A stretch of DNA of 64,000 nucleotides from Amoebidium appalachense (lineage: Eukaryota > Protista > Ichthyosporea), in contig CAVNZM010000005.1 of NCBI GenBank assembly GCA_963693365.1, positions 10,210,334 through 10,274,333 of the forward strand. Direction: 5' to 3'. Below are positions 58,005-64,000 of this stretch, piece after piece. A program made the position numbers and the translations under genes. The notes under the pieces were generated by a model. It saw only the letters and a program-made list of their open reading frames with translations. It made no database searches and had not been told where the DNA came from. The first letter of the stretch is position 1, and every line of letters begins with the position of its first letter.

Positions 58005-59257
58005 CCCCGCACACCCCGGCAGCCTGCCTCTGGGGGGGCCATCCGCACGGTGATGCAAACAGTAGCTCGGCTCGGCCAGGGCTGCTTCCTCGGGGCATAC
58101 GACGTGAAGGGTGCCTTTCGTCACGGCCCGGTGCACCCAGACGACCAGCCACTGCTGTCGTTCCAGCTGCTAGGCGCGTTCTATGTGGAGACCCGCCTAC
58201 CGTTTGGCTTGCGGTCCAGCCCAGCGTTCTGGGAACGCATAGCTCAGGCCCTGCAGCACTTCGCCCACGCCCTCAACGCCACAGAGACACAGCATTTTGT
58301 GGACGACTTCTTTTTCGGCGGCCGTACGCTGCAAGAGTGCGCCTTCAACATGCTGGTGTTTCGGTGGGTGTGCTCGAAGGTGGGTGTTACGCTTGCCGAC
58401 GACAAAGTGCAGCTGCCCTCACACACGCTCATCTACTCTGGGCTCGAGTGGGACACTCTGCGCATGGAGGCCCGCTTACCTGCCGTCAAGCTGACCGAGC
58501 TCCGGGCCCTGCTAGCCGATTGGCGGGGTCGCACCAAGGCCACTGTTCGAGACCTACGGTCCCTGTGCGGCAAGCTCATGTGGTGTGCTCAGGTTGTGGC
58601 GCTGGGGCGTGCCCGTGCCTTTCTTCAACGCTTGCTTCATCTGCTGGCGGAGGCTGAGAGGGCCGGCCTAGGGCCCCACCACCACATCCGTGTCTGCGCC
58701 GACGCACGAGCCGACGTTGTGCTGTGGTCGGAGTTCCTCCCCGAGTGGAACGGCATACGTGTGCTTACCCCCCCGTGCATCACATGTTCACCACAGATGC
58801 GGCCGGCAGCATAGGATGCGGTGGCTACTGGGGTCAAGCGTGGTTTCACCTAGCATGGACGGACCATTGGCGCACGGTCATTGCTGGCGGAGATGTGTGG
58901 GCTTCCGTGCTGTTTGAGCTGGCTGGCATTGCCGTGGCCCTGGCCTGTTGGGGTCCCAGCTGTCGCAACAGCCACATACGCGTGCTCACCGATAACGACG
59001 GTGCAGTATCTACGATCGCGTCCCGTCACTCCCCCGTCCCTGCCATTGCCCGGGTGCTGCGTCTCATCACGCTGATGGAAATGCGCTACACGGTGCTGGT
59101 CTCGGCCAAGCACATCCCTGGCGTGGAAAACTCGATTGCGGATGCCATCTCGCGAGCACAGTGGGCCACTTTCGACCGGCTGCACCCGTGGCACGCACCA
59201 GTCCCAACACCCGTGCCTGAGTGGCTAGCGGGGTGGTTTGCTGCCCCTCTCTCGTGA
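58005..59257 (+). pseudogene. Ngaro RT-RNase H, N-terminally deleted, frameshift near 58770
   Basis: RT AYDVKGAFRH, RLPFGLRSSP, FVDDFFF; RNase H FTTDAAG, FELAGI, LTDNDG, HIPGVENSIADAISR in a second frame. Confidence 0.9.
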
Positions 59258-59550
59258 TGGGGCTGGGCCGAGCCCCCTCCCCTGTTCCTTTGCCTTCGTA
59301 TTGGGCTTGGCGTGTGGGCTGTGGGGGGCGCCGACACCCCCCCTTCCCCCCTTCCCACTTTGTATATCGCACGAGTCATGTTCTGCAGTGGCGGCCGGGG
59401 CCGGCCCCCCCCCCCACTACACGAACTCGCTCGGATTCCCTCACTCACCCGGTGGAGTGTTTGGGACAATACATTACGGTCTTACGGTGTACACACGGTG
59501 TGCCTCTTTGTTCTGTGCTGGCCCGCAGTGCCAACTGCTTGTGGCGTGTC

Positions 59551-59585
<35 letters not shown>

Positions 59586-59960
59586 TTCCCTCCCCCCAAC
59601 CCCCCCAACCCCACCCTGCCACCCCTCCACCCGCCCCTTCGATCGTGCATGCTTAACCTCGGTGTTACACACACATGCTCATACACACCCACACACTAGC
59701 GCACACACACGCACGCCTACTAGTAGTACACCGCGGCTTGTGCGCGCATACCCCCCCCCCTCCCCTTCCCCCGCCCTCCCTGCCAGCGCTGCATGCATCC
59801 TCTGCCCTTTAGCTACGCCCCCCCCCCCCCCCCCTCCCCCCCCTTGTTTGCCTGCCTGTGCACCCGCTTGCCTGCCGCCCACCCCGCTCGTTGCCTTTAC
59901 CCCCCCCCCCCCCCCCCCTGGGACTCTAGGCATGATGCTCACACAGCTCTGTCCCTGCAG

Positions 59961-61082
59961 GTGGCTTGCTCCCCTTTGGTGGCGACCATGGTAGGCTTGC
60001 CCAGTGGTTCACCCCCGAGGTTTTGGCCCGTGTCCCGGAGGTGGCCCGCACCATCACTCGGCTGTCAGTGGGCGACAGCACGGAGTCCTCCTACTCGTCC
60101 TACCAGCGCCAGTTTATCGACTTCATCTACGCAATGGACTGCCGCAATCCTGATGGTGGCTACCTGCCAGCCTGCCCAGCCCAAGTGCAGCTGTTCCTTG
60201 CCTGGTGCGCCATGCGTGCGGTGCAAGCCCGGACCATGCCCAGCATTGTCTCCGCCGTCAACAGCCTGCACCGCAGCTTGGGCATGGCACCACCAGCGGG
60301 CTCCGGCCAGCAGAGCCTTCAGTGGTTTATCCGCGGGGCTGGCTGCTTCCTGCTGCTGGAAGGCAGCCACCGGCCCAAACGAGTGCTCGAGCCCCTCCTC
60401 CCAGCCGACCTCCGCGCCCTCCTCCCAGTCATCCAACCGGGCTCTTCATTGGAGGCCCTGCGTCTGTGGGCTGCCCTGCTGCTTGGCAGCTCGTGCCTCC
60501 TGCGCTCGGGCGAGTTCACGTCCAAATCTGCGACCAAGTTCAACCCCCTCCTTCACGCCAAGCGTCGCGACGTCCAGCTCCTATGGCAGGATGGCCGCCT
60601 GATTGGGGCAACAGTCTTCCTGCCGACATCTAAGACCGACCCCACGGGCAAGGGTGTTACCATCCGGGTGCCCGCCTTCCCAGAGGAGCCTTCCTTCTGC
60701 CCAGCAGCCAATCTAGCCCTCTTCCTGGGGGTCTCGTCAACCAGGGCAGGCATCCACCCCGATGCACCCCTGTTCAGCGTCGACGGCAGCCCTTACCTCA
60801 AGAGCACCTTCATCGCCGGTTTCCGCACAGCTCTACACCATGCGGGCTACGACCCCGACCGGTACGCCGGCCACTGGCAGCCTGCGCATAGGGGGGGCCA
60901 CTGCAGCTGAGAGAGCGGGCCTACCTGACGCCACCATCAAAGCCCTTGGCCGCTGGGCATCAGACGCATTCATGGTCTACATCCGGCTGCCCCACCGCGA
61001 CGTGCAAGCCTCCATTGCCACCGTCTGGTCACACCAGGGCCTCGCCACGGGACCTTGGGGCGGACCCCCTACATCGCAGTAG
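59961..61082 (+). pseudogene. Ngaro tyrosine recombinase, frameshifted near 60875
   Basis: LLRSGEF, SKTD, GH/SLRIGGAT (split by an apparent 4-bp insertion) and LGRWASDAFMVY catalytic motifs. Confidence 0.9.
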
Positions 61083-62380
61083 GGGGACCTTGTGGTGCGG
61101 GGGGGTCTCATGGCATGGACCCCCCCTGGCGGCCCCCGCCTCGGCCAGCCCCTTGGGTGCAGGCACGACGGCCTGCACTCCACGGACACGGGGGGCATGA
61201 GGCAAGCACGAGTGAGTGATGTGAATGTACGTTTCATATGCGCAGCAGATGAAAGATGTTTCACGGATCACTTCGGGCGCAGGCAGCCGGGCGGCCCATG
61301 ACGTCACGGGCCGCGGCGCCAGGCGCAGCCGCAGCGGCGGCTGACATCGGTCTGGCGCAGCGCCTGACGTCAGGCGCCACCAGCGCCGGTATTTCCGGCG
61401 CAGCACACTGCAGATGCAGGCCACCTTCGTTTTCGCCGTGTGCTGCACGTACGGTTTTTGTTAGCACGATTGCGTTTTCGGTGGCTAGCACACGGCGGCT
61501 CCCACCCACCCACCTCTCAGTCTGTATACATGACGGTGTACGTATGCGACTGTGACTGGCTCACAGCCCGATTGCAGCGGCAATAAAGCATGTCGAGGCG
61601 GGGCCCAGCCCCGGCTGGTGCGGGGGGGGGGCTCATGGCATGGACCCCCCCTGGCGGCCCCCGCCTCGGCCAGCCCCTTGGGTGCAGGCACGACGGCCTG
61701 CACTCCACGGACACGGGGGGCATGAGGCAAGCACGAGTGAGTGATGTGAAAATTGAAAGGCTGTAAGCCAATCAAAAGTATGGACATGATCCAGGACATC
61801 ACGTATGATTGTTGAGGCCGGCACGCTACCGTCGCTAGCTAAAAAGAGCATTTTGTCGTAGAACTTTATGCGTATATGTAATGATAGTCTTTATATTTTT
61901 TTATTTTTCTTATTCTGTGTGATTTTTATTTATTTTTTCCATCTGATTCATCGCTTTACACTATCACTTACCAAGGTGGGTCGTTTTGGCAGGTGGCCGA
62001 AGCCCGGCAGATGCCTTGTTTTTAGCGAGCTACTATTGGCCAATTTCGATCGAGACTATTTACTTCCTTGCCACCCCATAGTACGCACCCCATCTGTTGC
62101 AATTGGCTGGGAAGCCTCAAGGCAACCGACCAGCTAGGAGTTAGTAAGGGGGCAGTTGGTTGTTCGTACAACATGTGTTGGTCACCAGGTCCTGCGCAGC
62201 TGCATGGAGGGGCTGGAAATATCCACCCGGTGGAGGGGGGAGGGGGGTGGGGGGTGGAGGGGGGGGGGGGGGGGGTTTGTTGTGGTGCATAGTATGCTAT
62301 AAACCAAAATGATGACACTAATGGGGGGGGGGGGGGGGGGGGGGGGGGCCGGGGACCCTATAAGGAACTCCCGAGATTTG

Positions 62381-62440
62381 GTGACGTCACGATTGGACGC
62401 AGGCATTTTGATTGGCGGAAGAGGATTTGGCGCCAGTCCA
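62381..62440. promoter_or_regulatory. Motif cluster: palindromic CRE (GTGACGTCAC), two ATTGG boxes, E2F-like TTTGGCGC
   Basis: Motifs read directly; the associated gene was not identified. Confidence 0.3.
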
Positions 62441-63754
62441 TGTTCTCAACTCGATCAAACTGTCTTCCGGCTCAGTCCACACACAAGTGCTCATCGAGAT
62501 CCCAGACATATGGTGGTATATTAGCTGCAAAAATACTTTGATCCTTCCTCCTTTTTTTGCTCTTGTATTTCGATCTCTGTTTTCTATTTTAGGCGATTTT
62601 TTTCCGAATGCACATTTTTCTTTGAGGGATCACATTCCGTGTTTTCCCATATATGGTAATGTATTGACTTCGAAAGAAAAATCCTTTGAAGAGGGCTGAC
62701 CACACCCTGCCACACCAAATGCAGACGAAAAAATGTGGCATATAAGATCATGATTATAAACCAATCATTTTTGTTGAAGTATAGCCAATCAAGTCGCATT
62801 TGCCAAAATGTTTAACCAATAGTTGCTGCACCAGCAGGAAAAGCAAAGTAAATAAATGATATTTAGCCACTCGCCTTTCTTTGCCTTCGGAGCAATCAAA
62901 TATTATCCAGGTTACCTGGTTACACGGCTGTACGACGCGCGGTATAGGGCTTTGTAGTTCTGCTCTAATAGCACAGTGAAGCGCAGCGTAAGAGAAATAA
63001 ATCGCGCTTTTTCACATTTTCTAACGTTTAGAAACAGAGAGAAAGAAATACTGACGGCTCTTGCGGCTGAAAGCGTCTTTATAGCCAATTTTATGTCGCT
63101 CACTTCAGCGACGAGTCGCATACCTTTTAACCAATCGTATCGCTGTAAATGGAATGCAATAGTGCCGATAAAATTCTGGCATGTGAGAATGATAAACCAA
63201 TGGAATGACCTGAATGCCAAACTATTTATCCAATCAATCCCGCATCAATGTTTATCAGCTACATTCTTGGCGCGGGGCGCATGCGCATCCCGTGGCGCAG
63301 GCATGGGCAGGCGCGAATGTGGGGCCACATGCACGTGCTGTCACCTTTCATGTACATATGTATGCACTATACTACCCTTACGGCCAATATATATATTTTT
63401 ATACAATGAACTGGTATTATCGCGTCTTTCTTCTCAATATTTTTATACATATGGATGGGATACAACAGGTGACCACTTCTCCTACCCGAGGCCGGCCGTG
63501 CACCGTGTACACATGTGTGTAATCTGTGTGCTAGCGCTGATCATGACAGCTACATAATATAGTTATACTTTGATGATGGTGCACCTGCTATGGCGCTTCC
63601 CCCTCCCCCCCACCCTCCCCATCCGAGTCCTCCCCCACTGCCCCCCTCCCCCCCCCCCCCTCCCCCTCGGGCATTCCCCATGGCCACCCCCGTACTTACC
63701 CCTTTCCTCGGATTCTCTCCCATCCCCCCATATTCAACCCCCCTCACCACGCCC

Positions 63755-63789
<35 letters not shown>

Positions 63790-64000
63790 ACCCACCCACC
63801 CACCCAACCCCCCGGGCACTCCCCATCCCCGTACCCTTTTCCCCGGATTCCCCGGATTCTCTTCCATCCCCCCTCTCTCCCCCCCTCCCCCCCCCCCCCC
63901 CCCCCTCCCCCCACGCGGCCCCCCTGGCCCCGCCCTTCCCCCCTCCCCCCTCTCTCACCCGCCCCTCCCTCCGGCCGGCCCATCCATTTTTCCGGCTCCC

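Larger units (their letters stand above)
55831..61750 (+). mobile_element. Ngaro/DIRS-group tyrosine-recombinase retrotransposon with split direct repeats, degenerate
   Basis: A1 55831-56107 = A2 61225-61501; B1 ~61093-61225 matches B2 ~61616-61750 (A1-ORFs-B1-A2-B2 layout); gag-like, RT, RNase H and YR ORFs; no methyltransferase ORF seen; no TSD. Confidence 0.93.

Noticed and set aside
62976-63557. 193-aa ORF
   Set aside because: GTG start, AT-rich, no recognisable motif; probably non-coding.

Overview
Eukaryotic, intron-rich genomic DNA, plausibly from a unicellular opisthokont (the taxon cannot be fixed from sequence alone). Introns are packed with poly-C/poly-G, (CA)n/(GT)n and (GA)n tracts, so most ORFs in the supplied track are repeat artefacts. 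Host genes I can support: an intronless PP1 glycogen-targeting-type CBM21 protein (6543-7517, +); an ankyrin-repeat DHHC palmitoyltransferase of about 20 exons (Akr1/ZDHHC17-like, ~11471-29013, -); a divergently transcribed GATA zinc-finger factor (~30877-36226, +); a 115-aa two-exon protein of four helical repeats, three with an ExxH motif (39828-41188, -); and a 143-aa secreted Cys-rich two-repeat protein (46425-46856, -). Mobile DNA: a 5'-truncated L1/Tx1-like LINE (~2150-3255, -) with a second copy of its 3' tail at ~42.9 kb; a very young full-length Ty1/Copia (48934-55672, -, CAGTT TSD); and a Ngaro-type tyrosine-recombinase retrotransposon (55831-61750, +). The Ngaro carries a nested 1.1-kb Copia-derived TRIM (56864-57999) and a host-style intron-like tract ahead of its recombinase. 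Exon models were assembled by eye, and homopolymer lengths are probably unreliable.
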